Source: an uncultured SAR86 cluster bacterium (GTDB taxonomy: Bacteria > Pseudomonadota > Gammaproteobacteria > Magnimaribacterales > AG-339-G14). Taken from it: a stretch of 64,000 nt of DNA. The translations under genes were made by a program, and so were the position numbers. Shown here piece after piece: positions 39,291 to 47,278 of this stretch. The notes under the pieces are model-generated. The model ran no database searches. It saw only the letters and a program-made list of their open reading frames with translations, and had not been told where the DNA came from. The number at the start of each line of letters is the position of its first letter. The stretch's first letter is position 1. The stretch covers positions 29,528-93,527 of the forward strand of contig CABZES010000002.1 in the NCBI GenBank assembly GCA_902524805.1. The letters run 5' to 3'.

Positions 39291-40214
39291 ATGTTAAGTA
39301 GAGACGCAGAACACTTATATTGGCTGACTCGGTACGTCGAAAGAATAGAAAATACGGCCAGAATGATTAATGTTCATTCGGAGCTAATGTTAGATTTTCC
39401 TGGCGATCAATCATTAGGATGGAAGCCAATTATTGAAACCATGGACTCTAAAAAATTCTTTAAAAAAAGATATTCAGAATATAGTGAGATTAGCGCAGTA
39501 AAGTTTTTGGGTGATGATAAAGAAAACTTAAACTCAATAATCTCTTCATTGGATATGGCTCGATATAATGCTCGCGCTATTAAGGATGATCTTCCTAGGT
39601 CAGCAACAGAACAACTTAATAATTTGTTCAATGAATTTAGTGGAGGAATGTCTTCTTCGTCTAGTAGAAGAAAAAGAGCTTCTTATATCTACAATGCAAT
39701 TTCAGGAGCACAAAGATTTTTTGGAATAATTTCTGATAATTTTTCTAGGGGATATGCCTTTGAGTTTATGAGATTGGGAAGATTTGTAGAAAGAATTGAT
39801 ATGATTTCTAGAATAATAGACAGTCTTTGTATTACTAAATCTGAGGAACAAACTCATGATTTTCCTACCTTAGAATGGGTAAGCATGCTGAGAACTTTGT
39901 CTGCACACGAATCTTTTAGAAAAGAAATAAGAGGAGAGATTGAGAGAGGCGATGTAATAAATTTTCTACTTAAAAATGAAAATTTCCCTCGTTCGATTTA
40001 TAGATGTTTAACCATTACAGAAAAAAGTCTTTTATCGCTTCCAAATAACACTAACGTCCTAGAGGTCGCAAAGAAACTTAATACCCGAGTTTTTATAGCA
40101 AAATTAGATAGTTATGACGATAAGCAGCTGCATAATTTCTTAGATTATTTACAAAGACGGATTCATCTTTTGGACGAGAATATTCATAAGAATTATTTTC
40201 ATAATTACCTGTAA
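39291..40214 (+). CDS. Alpha-E domain protein
   Basis: MLSR.AE.LYW..RY.ER.ENTAR and a second ER motif (LGRFVERID), FPRS; abuts the ATP-grasp stop. Confidence 0.92.
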   Translation: MLSRDAEHLYWLTRYVERIENTARMINVHSELMLDFPGDQSLGWKPIIETMDSKKFFKKRYSEYSEISAVKFLGDDKENLNSIISSLDMARYNARAIKDDLPRSATEQLNNLFNEFSGGMSSSSSRRKRASYIYNAISGAQRFFGIISDNFSRGYAFEFMRLGRFVERIDMISRIIDSLCITKSEEQTHDFPTLEWVSMLRTLSAHESFRKEIRGEIERGDVINFLLKNENFPRSIYRCLTITEKSLLSLPNNTNVLEVAKKLNTRVFIAKLDSYDDKQLHNFLDYLQRRIHLLDENIHKNYFHNYL

Positions 40215-40266
40215 ATATTCAGTATTTTTACTTTAAACTTTATCTTAATTATAGGAGGAACAAGAG

Positions 40267-40647
40267 ATGTCATTTGAAAGCGATGAAAACAAATTAAAGA
40301 AAGGAATGGAAGTAGTTGAGAAGCTAAATTTCTTATCTAAGGCTGGTTCAGGAATATCTGACGATTTTAGGGCTCATACAATTGAAAACCTGTTTGGCAC
40401 GGTTTGGACAAGGCCAGGTTTAGAACTTGAAGAAAGGAGCATGATTACTTTGGCCGGTTTGATTGCTTTGAATAGAGAAAATGAATTGAAACTACATTTC
40501 AGAGGAGCAAGAAACCTTGGATTTAGTAGGGAAAAATTAGAAGAAATAATTTTTCACTTGGCTCATTACGCGGGTTGGCCAAATGCTGTTTCTTCAAGCA
40601 ACGTTCTAGATGAAGTCTGGCAAGAAATGGATAATGAAAACAAATAG
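40267..40647 (+). CDS. Carboxymuconolactone decarboxylase (CMD/AhpD-like) family protein
   Basis: FGTVWTRPGL...RSMIT, ELKLH and HLAHYAGWP; AGGAGG SD. Confidence 0.9.
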   Translation: MSFESDENKLKKGMEVVEKLNFLSKAGSGISDDFRAHTIENLFGTVWTRPGLELEERSMITLAGLIALNRENELKLHFRGARNLGFSREKLEEIIFHLAHYAGWPNAVSSSNVLDEVWQEMDNENK

Positions 40648-40655
40648 GTATAATT

Positions 40656-40865
40656 TTGAATCTTGGAATATTTATAATTGGGTCACTCACTTTTGCTCTA
40701 GCTTTTGTTTTTTTTAAAATTTCTGCTTATCGTAAAACTAAAAACGAAGAATCTTCTTGGTTAAAATTGATATCGGTTTTTATTGTTGATTATTTAGTTC
40801 TGGTTATGGGAGTTTTGTCGAGCGGAATAATTTTCGTTTCCATTTTTAATATGGCGCATGGATAA
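40656..40865 (+). CDS. Small two-TM hypothetical membrane protein
   Basis: Two hydrophobic segments; TTG start; tightly packed between neighbouring genes. Confidence 0.55.
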   Translation: MNLGIFIIGSLTFALAFVFFKISAYRKTKNEESSWLKLISVFIVDYLVLVMGVLSSGIIFVSIFNMAHG

Positions 40866-41691
40866 AAATAAAAGTTTAGGTAAAGACGCTTGGTCAGCAA
40901 AAGCATTAAATACTGCTCCCAACTCAGAAAATCAAATTCATGGAGACGATATGGCAAAAGAATTTGGTTTTAAAGGAGGGCTAGTGCCAGGAGTAACAGT
41001 TTCCGCTTATTTATTACATCCAATAATTGAAAAGTGGGGATTAGATTGGTTAGAAAAGGGATGGGCAAAGTGTAAAATTACTTCGCCCTTATATGATAAG
41101 GAGAATTTTTCAGTTCATTTAAATGAGATCTCAGAAAACAAAATCTTATCAAATTTAAAAAATAGCAATCAAGTTGTTACTGCTAACGCAGAAGCTTCTT
41201 TATTAGAAGATATTCCAGATGCTCCAAAGATCCGGAACGATAAAATTGCGATCAAAAATTTTCAGGGCCCTAGAGCATCAAAGAATGTTTGGATGAAGCT
41301 AAAAAAAGATGGATGTATGGCTTTTGAATATTTCTGGGGAGGGAAAGATCCTCTAATTTATTTAAAAGATCAAAATAATCTTCCTGATTTGTTAAATCCT
41401 TCTAAAAAAGGATTGTCTAATTTGAGTTTTCTATTGGGTTGTTCCAATTGGGCCCTGGCAAGTAGCGCTTATATGAATCCTTGGATTCATTTGCAAACAA
41501 CCTCTCAAAATTATCAAGCTCTTTCTTTAAATTCGTCTGTTATTGCAGAGATTCAAGTGAATGAGGTGTATGAAAAAAAAGGTCATGAATTTGTAGATGT
41601 TGATGTAAATCTTTTCAAGCAAGAAGATAAATCTTGCATTATGACTATTAATCTTTTGTCTATTTATAAGGTTAGAGGTTCCTCAAATTAG
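40858..41691 (+). CDS. Hypothetical protein, probable double hot-dog (MaoC-like) fold
   Basis: NQIHGDDMAKEFGFKGGLVPG resembles the MaoC hydratase motif; second half PWIH...YEKKGHEFV. Confidence 0.6.
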   Translation: MDKNKSLGKDAWSAKALNTAPNSENQIHGDDMAKEFGFKGGLVPGVTVSAYLLHPIIEKWGLDWLEKGWAKCKITSPLYDKENFSVHLNEISENKILSNLKNSNQVVTANAEASLLEDIPDAPKIRNDKIAIKNFQGPRASKNVWMKLKKDGCMAFEYFWGGKDPLIYLKDQNNLPDLLNPSKKGLSNLSFLLGCSNWALASSAYMNPWIHLQTTSQNYQALSLNSSVIAEIQVNEVYEKKGHEFVDVDVNLFKQEDKSCIMTINLLSIYKVRGSSN

Positions 41692-42650
41692 ATCTTGCTA
41701 AAAGTATCAGTTGCATCGATTAATAATTCTGTAATTTCCTTTTCAAATGCAGAATGCCCTGAAAAAGGTGCAATTTTTAGTTCTGCTTCGGGCCATTTTG
41801 AATAAAGTTCATATGCCGTAGTGGAGGGGCAAACTACATCATATCTTCCTTGAATTATTACAGCTGGAATATGCCTTATGGAGTCAATGTTATCTATAAG
41901 TTGGTTCTCGTAATCTAAGAAACCTTTATTTACAAAATAATGATTTTCTATAAGGGCAAAGGCGAGAGCAAATTCTGCATTTACAGAATCTTTAACTGCA
42001 CTGGGATTGTGGTTAATAAAACTTGCAGATGCTTCCCACTTAGACCAAGCTTTAGCAGCAGATAATTTTTTCTCCTTGTCTTTACCGTTGAAAATTTTTC
42101 TATAAGCATCAATTAAATCAAATCTCTCTTCTTCTGGAATTTCGTTGATAAATCCTTGCCAGGCTTCAGGATATATTTCACTTGCTCCATATTGATAAAA
42201 CCATTTGAGTTCTTTTTCTCTCAACATAAATATTCCTCTTAAAACTAGCTCGGTTACATGCTCAGGATGTTTTTGGGCATAAGCTAGAGCAAGAGTACTT
42301 CCCCAAGAACCTCCAAAAACAAGCCACTTATCTATAAACAGTTCATTTCTAATAGATTCAATGTCATCTACAAGATGCCAAGTAGTATTTTCTTCTAAGC
42401 AAGTATGAGGTTTGCTTTTACCACAACCTCTTTGATCAAAAAGAATTATTCTGTATTTTTTTGGATTGAAGAACCTTCGTGAAAGCTTTCCAGCTCCACC
42501 ACCTGGTCCGCCATGTAAAAAAATTGCAGGCTTACCTTTTGGATTTCCACATTGTTCGTAATATATTTCATGAACACCTTTTTTAATAAAGCCTGAATCA
42601 AAAGGCTCTATAGATGGATAAAGTTTTTTTTCTTTTTTAAAAAATTTCAT
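41688..42650 (-). CDS. pip: Proline iminopeptidase
   Basis: HGGPG, DQRGCG, GGSWGS, LRGIF, GRYD and GHS. Confidence 0.95.
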   Translation of the reverse strand: MKFFKKEKKLYPSIEPFDSGFIKKGVHEIYYEQCGNPKGKPAIFLHGGPGGGAGKLSRRFFNPKKYRIILFDQRGCGKSKPHTCLEENTTWHLVDDIESIRNELFIDKWLVFGGSWGSTLALAYAQKHPEHVTELVLRGIFMLREKELKWFYQYGASEIYPEAWQGFINEIPEEERFDLIDAYRKIFNGKDKEKKLSAAKAWSKWEASASFINHNPSAVKDSVNAEFALAFALIENHYFVNKGFLDYENQLIDNIDSIRHIPAVIIQGRYDVVCPSTTAYELYSKWPEAELKIAPFSGHSAFEKEITELLIDATDTFSKI

Positions 42651-42711
42651 ATCAGTATATTACTTTAGCTATTTATCATAGGCCTATAAAAGATTTTAAA
42701 TTATTTTTAGA

Positions 42712-42787
42712 TGGTGCCCAGAGGTGGAATCGAACCACCGACACAAGGATTTTCAGTCCTTTGCTCTACCAACTGAGCTATCTGGGC
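42712..42787 (-). tRNA. tRNA-Phe(GAA)
   Basis: GCCCAGATAGCTCAGTTGGTAGAGCAAAGGACTGAAAATCCTTGTGTCGGTGGTTCGATTCCACCTCTGGGCACCA: 76 nt, full cloverleaf, encoded CCA. Confidence 0.98.
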
Positions 42788-42852
42788 AAAAAGAAAAACG
42801 ATTTTATATAAGTTTGTCATAATAAACAAAATAAAGTTCTAGGAGGACTAAA

Positions 42853-43941
42853 ATTTTCGACGTCGCAATTATAGGAGCAGGAGCAATAGGATTGTCTATT
42901 GCTAAATTCGCTGCTGAAAAAGGAAAAAAAGTTCTCGTGCTTGAACAAGAATCTAGGGCTGGAGAGGGAGTTTCGTCGAGAAACTCCGGTGTAATTCATG
43001 CTGGAATGTATTATCCAAAAGAGTCTTTAAAAACTAAATTTTGTGTTGAAGGAAATAGAATGCTTTATGAATACGCAGAATTAAAAAAAATAAGTCACAA
43101 AAAGACAGGAAAATTTATAGTTGCATCTCATAAAAATGAACTAGCTAATTTGGAAAAGATATTTTTGCAAGGTAAATCAAATGGAGTTAGTCTAAAAAAA
43201 TGCTCTCTGGAAGAAATCAAAAAAAAAGAACCAGAATTAGATATTGCAGGGGCACTTTTTTCACCACAAACAGGAATCATTGATGTTCCTGAACTAATCA
43301 CTTCATTAGAAGGAGATATTCAACACCATGATGGAGTTGTTTCATTCAATACAAATTTTTTAAGTGCAAAAAGAAATGGCAATGCTTTCTCTATAAAATG
43401 TAGTGATGGAAGTGAATTTGAAATTGAAACTTCTATTTTAATTAACTCTGCGGGTCTGAGCTCTGAAAATGTCTCTTCAAACATTTCTGCTCTTAAGAAG
43501 GAATTCACTCATAAAATTTATTTTGCCAAAGGACACTATTTCAAATACTCTGGAATAAATCCTTTTGATTCTTTAGTTTATCCTTTGCCTAGTGAATCTT
43601 CGCAAGGTTTGCATGTTGGATTTGATATTTCACGCCAACTCAGATTTGGTCCAGATATTACTTGGGTTGATGAAATAGATTATGTATTTGATGAAAGTCT
43701 TAAAGAAAAATTTGTTTGCTCAATTCATAACTACTGGCCGGGGATGGAACCGGAAAGGTTGCATCCAGATTATTGCGGAATAAGACCTAAAATTCAAAAA
43801 CCTTCGGAAAAAATGCAAGATTTTTCTATTCAATTTCCTAAAGATCATAAAATTGAGGGCTTTATAAATCTTCAAGGGATTGAAAGTCCAGGAATAACAA
43901 GCAGTTTAGCAATAGGAAAATATGTATCATCCATGATATAG
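42853..43941 (+). CDS. FAD-dependent oxidoreductase, L-2-hydroxyglutarate oxidase (LhgO)-like, probable ATT start
   Basis: SSRNSGVIHAG, NSAGL, KGHYF, YPLP, FGPD, GIRPK and IESPGITSS. The GAGAIG dinucleotide motif lies upstream of the track's start; AGGAGG sits 6 nt before ATT 42853. Confidence 0.88.
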   Translation: MFDVAIIGAGAIGLSIAKFAAEKGKKVLVLEQESRAGEGVSSRNSGVIHAGMYYPKESLKTKFCVEGNRMLYEYAELKKISHKKTGKFIVASHKNELANLEKIFLQGKSNGVSLKKCSLEEIKKKEPELDIAGALFSPQTGIIDVPELITSLEGDIQHHDGVVSFNTNFLSAKRNGNAFSIKCSDGSEFEIETSILINSAGLSSENVSSNISALKKEFTHKIYFAKGHYFKYSGINPFDSLVYPLPSESSQGLHVGFDISRQLRFGPDITWVDEIDYVFDESLKEKFVCSIHNYWPGMEPERLHPDYCGIRPKIQKPSEKMQDFSIQFPKDHKIEGFINLQGIESPGITSSLAIGKYVSSMI

Positions 43942-43992
43942 ATTTAGACAAAATAGGGGGAAAGGATAAACACAAATATAGTAAGCAATAAA

Positions 43993-45306
43993 GTGAGGGC
44001 CGGTTATGGGATTGGAGATTATGCAATTTGTCTTTACTGGAGTGGAGTAGGGCTTTATTTGCTCTACTTTTATACGGATGTAGTAGGAATTTCTCCTTTA
44101 TTAGCTGGTTGGATTTATGCTTTAGGCATAGGCTGGGATGCAATAACAGATCCTTATATGGGCTATATCGCAGAGAGAACTAGAACCAAAATGGGCAGTT
44201 ATCGACCTTATATTTTGTTTGGATCTATACCTTTAGCTCTTTCTTTTGTTTTGCTTTTTTGGGTGCCTCCTTTTGAAGGAAATTTTTTATTTATTTTTCT
44301 CATAATGGTTAATCTATTTCATAGAACTTGTTTTACTATTGTAAGTGTTCCTTATAGTTCTTTAACAGCAAGAATTACCGACGATAGCGAAGAGAGAACA
44401 AAATTAACTACAGCTAGAATGTTAGGTGCTTCTTTTGGAACTTTGACTATTTCTGCATTAGGGTTTCCAATTATTAATTGGTTTGGAAGCGGAGAAGAGT
44501 CTTTAGGTTTTATTTATTTAGGAGTTTGTTCAGGACTTGCAGCAATATTTATCCTAGCATTAACTGTAAAAACAGTTAGAGAGAGAAATTTTAATTTAGA
44601 GATTACTCAATTACCAAAATTTTCTGAGGTAAGTAAGTCAATTGTTAATAACTATGCTTTCTTGATTGTTTTTGCTTCCACTCTCACTTTGATTACAACT
44701 TCAATTATGTTTAATAAAAATTTAATTTATTACACTAAGTACGCATTAGATTTACATGAATACCAAGGCTTAATTTTAGGGGTGAGTAGTGCTTCGGCTT
44801 TTCTTGCCATACCTGTATGGGCTTATTCAGCACTGAAAATAGGGAAAAGAAATTCTTGGCTGATTGCAATGATTCTCTTAGTATTCAGTTTTTTGTTCTT
44901 TTATTTGTATCCAATAAAAAATTTATTGGAACTTTTGATTGTTTTAGCAGTTTTGGGAATTGGTAATGGCGCCACAGGAGTATTATTTTGGTCTATGTTG
45001 CCCGATACAATTGAATATGGTGAATGGAAAACAGGGGTGAGAACAGAGTCTTCTTTGTATGGTTTCATGACTTTCGCGCAAAAGGGAGGAATAGCTATTT
45101 CAGCTCTTATTTTGGGAGTGCTGTTAACTAACATTGGTTTTGTTCCTAATGCAATTCAAACAGAAAAAACTTTGGATAATTTAAAAACCTTAATGACTTT
45201 TATTCCTTTATCAGGAGTAGTTTTAAGCTTTATATTGGTATATTTTTATCCTATAGATTCTAAATTCCACAAAAAATTAATTAGAGAAATCAATGAAAGA
45301 GGTTAG
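43993..45306 (+). CDS. Glycoside-pentoside-hexuronide (GPH, MelB-like) cation symporter
   Basis: GYGIGD, FYTD, WDAITDP.MG, RT.MGSYRPY, ERTKL and PDTIEYGEWKTG.R. The start is uncertain. Confidence 0.9.
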   Translation: MRAGYGIGDYAICLYWSGVGLYLLYFYTDVVGISPLLAGWIYALGIGWDAITDPYMGYIAERTRTKMGSYRPYILFGSIPLALSFVLLFWVPPFEGNFLFIFLIMVNLFHRTCFTIVSVPYSSLTARITDDSEERTKLTTARMLGASFGTLTISALGFPIINWFGSGEESLGFIYLGVCSGLAAIFILALTVKTVRERNFNLEITQLPKFSEVSKSIVNNYAFLIVFASTLTLITTSIMFNKNLIYYTKYALDLHEYQGLILGVSSASAFLAIPVWAYSALKIGKRNSWLIAMILLVFSFLFFYLYPIKNLLELLIVLAVLGIGNGATGVLFWSMLPDTIEYGEWKTGVRTESSLYGFMTFAQKGGIAISALILGVLLTNIGFVPNAIQTEKTLDNLKTLMTFIPLSGVVLSFILVYFYPIDSKFHKKLIREINERG

Positions 45307-47278
45307 GTGGGGAATAATTGCAGTAGGAAGTATTGCTAATGCTTTTGCGCATTCAATTAGGTATTCAAAAAACTCAAAGCTTTGTTGTGTCCTTGGTAGA
45401 ACTGAAGAAAAGGTTAATTCTTTTGCTAAAAAACATAATTGTATTCCATATTTTGACTTAGAATCCTTTCTAAGTTCTGAAATTGATGCAGTTTACATAG
45501 CTACTCCTCACGATTCTCATTTCTTTTATTCAATGGAAGCGATAAAAAGAAAATTACATGTTTTATGTGAAAAACCTTTATCAGTGAATTCAACAGAAGC
45601 AATGATTTTAACTAATGAAGCTAAAAAAAATGGTATTTTTTTAATGGAAGCCTTTATGTACAGGACTCATCCTCAAACGCTTGAGACCTTAAATCTTTGC
45701 AAAGAATATTTCAAAGACACAGATGTAAAGATTTTGAGTTCTTTTGGATTTGATGCTCCAGTAGACAAAAGTCACAGATTAAGAAATCTTAACTTAGCTG
45801 GAGGATCAATATTAGATGTAGGTTGTTATCCATTATCTATGGCCAGACTAATTGCAGGCTCTCTTAATGGCGAACCATATTTAGATCCCATAAGCATCGA
45901 GGTGAAAGGATCTTTAGATGCTACAGGAGTGGATAATAAATCAAGTGCTAATTTGATATTTTCCGAAAATATTTCAGCTTATATTGAAACAGCTATAAAT
46001 GAAGAATTAAAAAATGATTTGATAATTAAATCTGACAAAGTAGAAATTAGAGTTCCTGAACCATGGCATTGTGGTCAATTTCAAGATGGCAATTATTCCA
46101 TTGAACTTAACTTTGAAGGAAAAAAAACAATTATTTCTAACAAAGACGAAGTAGGACTTTTTACCAGAGAAATCAACGAAGCATCAGAATGCATTTTACA
46201 AGGCAATTATGAATCTTCGTCAATGTCTCACAAAGATACTTTGGGCAATATGCTTTGGCTAGAAAAATGGTACTCAGAAAATGGAGTCAAATACCCACAA
46301 AATATTGTTGAAAAGTCTCCAATATTTTCATCTCAATATGAACCAGTAGCGAAATTAGTTAAATCAGAGATTGAGGGGATTTCAAAGAAAGGTTCAAGAT
46401 TAGTATTTGGCTGTGATAATCAGACTTCCCAATTGCATGCATCAACAATGTTCGATAATTTTTTCAATAATGGTGGAAATATTTTTGATACTGCCTATAT
46501 TTACAACGATGGAAAGTCTGATAAATTTTTAGGAGAATGGATCAATACAAACGGAATTTCAAAAGAAATATTAGTTCTTGGAAAGGGAGCTCATACACCT
46601 CATTGCGAACCTCAATTTATAAAAAAACAATTAGAAGAGTCATTAGATAGACTGAAACTTGAATCATTAGACATATATTGCTTACATAGAGACAATTCAG
46701 ATGTTCCTGTTGAGGAATTCATTGATGCGCTGAATGAAATTCTTACAGAAGGTCTTATTTCAGTTATGGGCGCTTCAAACTGGACTTTAGAAAGATTTAG
46801 AAATGCAAACAATTATGCAGATAAAAATAAAAAAATTGGATTTAAAGTTTTGAGTAATAACTTTAGTTTAGCTAATATGAATGAACCAGTTTGGCCAGGC
46901 TGTATAAATTGTAACGAGCAATATTTAAACTATTTATTTGAAAATGACATATATCTTTTTCCTTGGTCCAGTCAGGCCAGGGGATTTTTCTTAGAAAAGG
47001 ATCTTTATCCAAAAGCCGCTCATGTAGCAAATCCCTCTTTAGAAGAAGAAAAAAGAGTTTGGCACGATGAAATAAATTTATTAAGAAGAGAGAGGTGTTT
47101 TCAACTTTCTAAAAAACTAGGCTGTCTACCAATAGAATTAGCACTTGCATATGTTATTAATAAAAATTCTAATGTTTTTCCGTTGGTTGGACCAAGATCT
47201 GTTTATGAGTCAGAAAGTTGCATGAAAGCTTCTTTGATTACTCTAGATGATCAGCAGATGAAATGGTTGACTTCATAA
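45293..47278 (+). CDS. Gfo/Idh/MocA oxidoreductase fused to an aldo/keto reductase
   Basis: N-half: YIATPH, CEKP, EAFMYR, GGSILDVGCY. C-half: FDTAYIY, GKGAH, SLDRL, LHRD, GASNW, PWSSQARG. Confidence 0.9.
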   Translation: MKEVRWGIIAVGSIANAFAHSIRYSKNSKLCCVLGRTEEKVNSFAKKHNCIPYFDLESFLSSEIDAVYIATPHDSHFFYSMEAIKRKLHVLCEKPLSVNSTEAMILTNEAKKNGIFLMEAFMYRTHPQTLETLNLCKEYFKDTDVKILSSFGFDAPVDKSHRLRNLNLAGGSILDVGCYPLSMARLIAGSLNGEPYLDPISIEVKGSLDATGVDNKSSANLIFSENISAYIETAINEELKNDLIIKSDKVEIRVPEPWHCGQFQDGNYSIELNFEGKKTIISNKDEVGLFTREINEASECILQGNYESSSMSHKDTLGNMLWLEKWYSENGVKYPQNIVEKSPIFSSQYEPVAKLVKSEIEGISKKGSRLVFGCDNQTSQLHASTMFDNFFNNGGNIFDTAYIYNDGKSDKFLGEWINTNGISKEILVLGKGAHTPHCEPQFIKKQLEESLDRLKLESLDIYCLHRDNSDVPVEEFIDALNEILTEGLISVMGASNWTLERFRNANNYADKNKKIGFKVLSNNFSLANMNEPVWPGCINCNEQYLNYLFENDIYLFPWSSQARGFFLEKDLYPKAAHVANPSLEEEKRVWHDEINLLRRERCFQLSKKLGCLPIELALAYVINKNSNVFPLVGPRSVYESESCMKASLITLDDQQMKWLTS

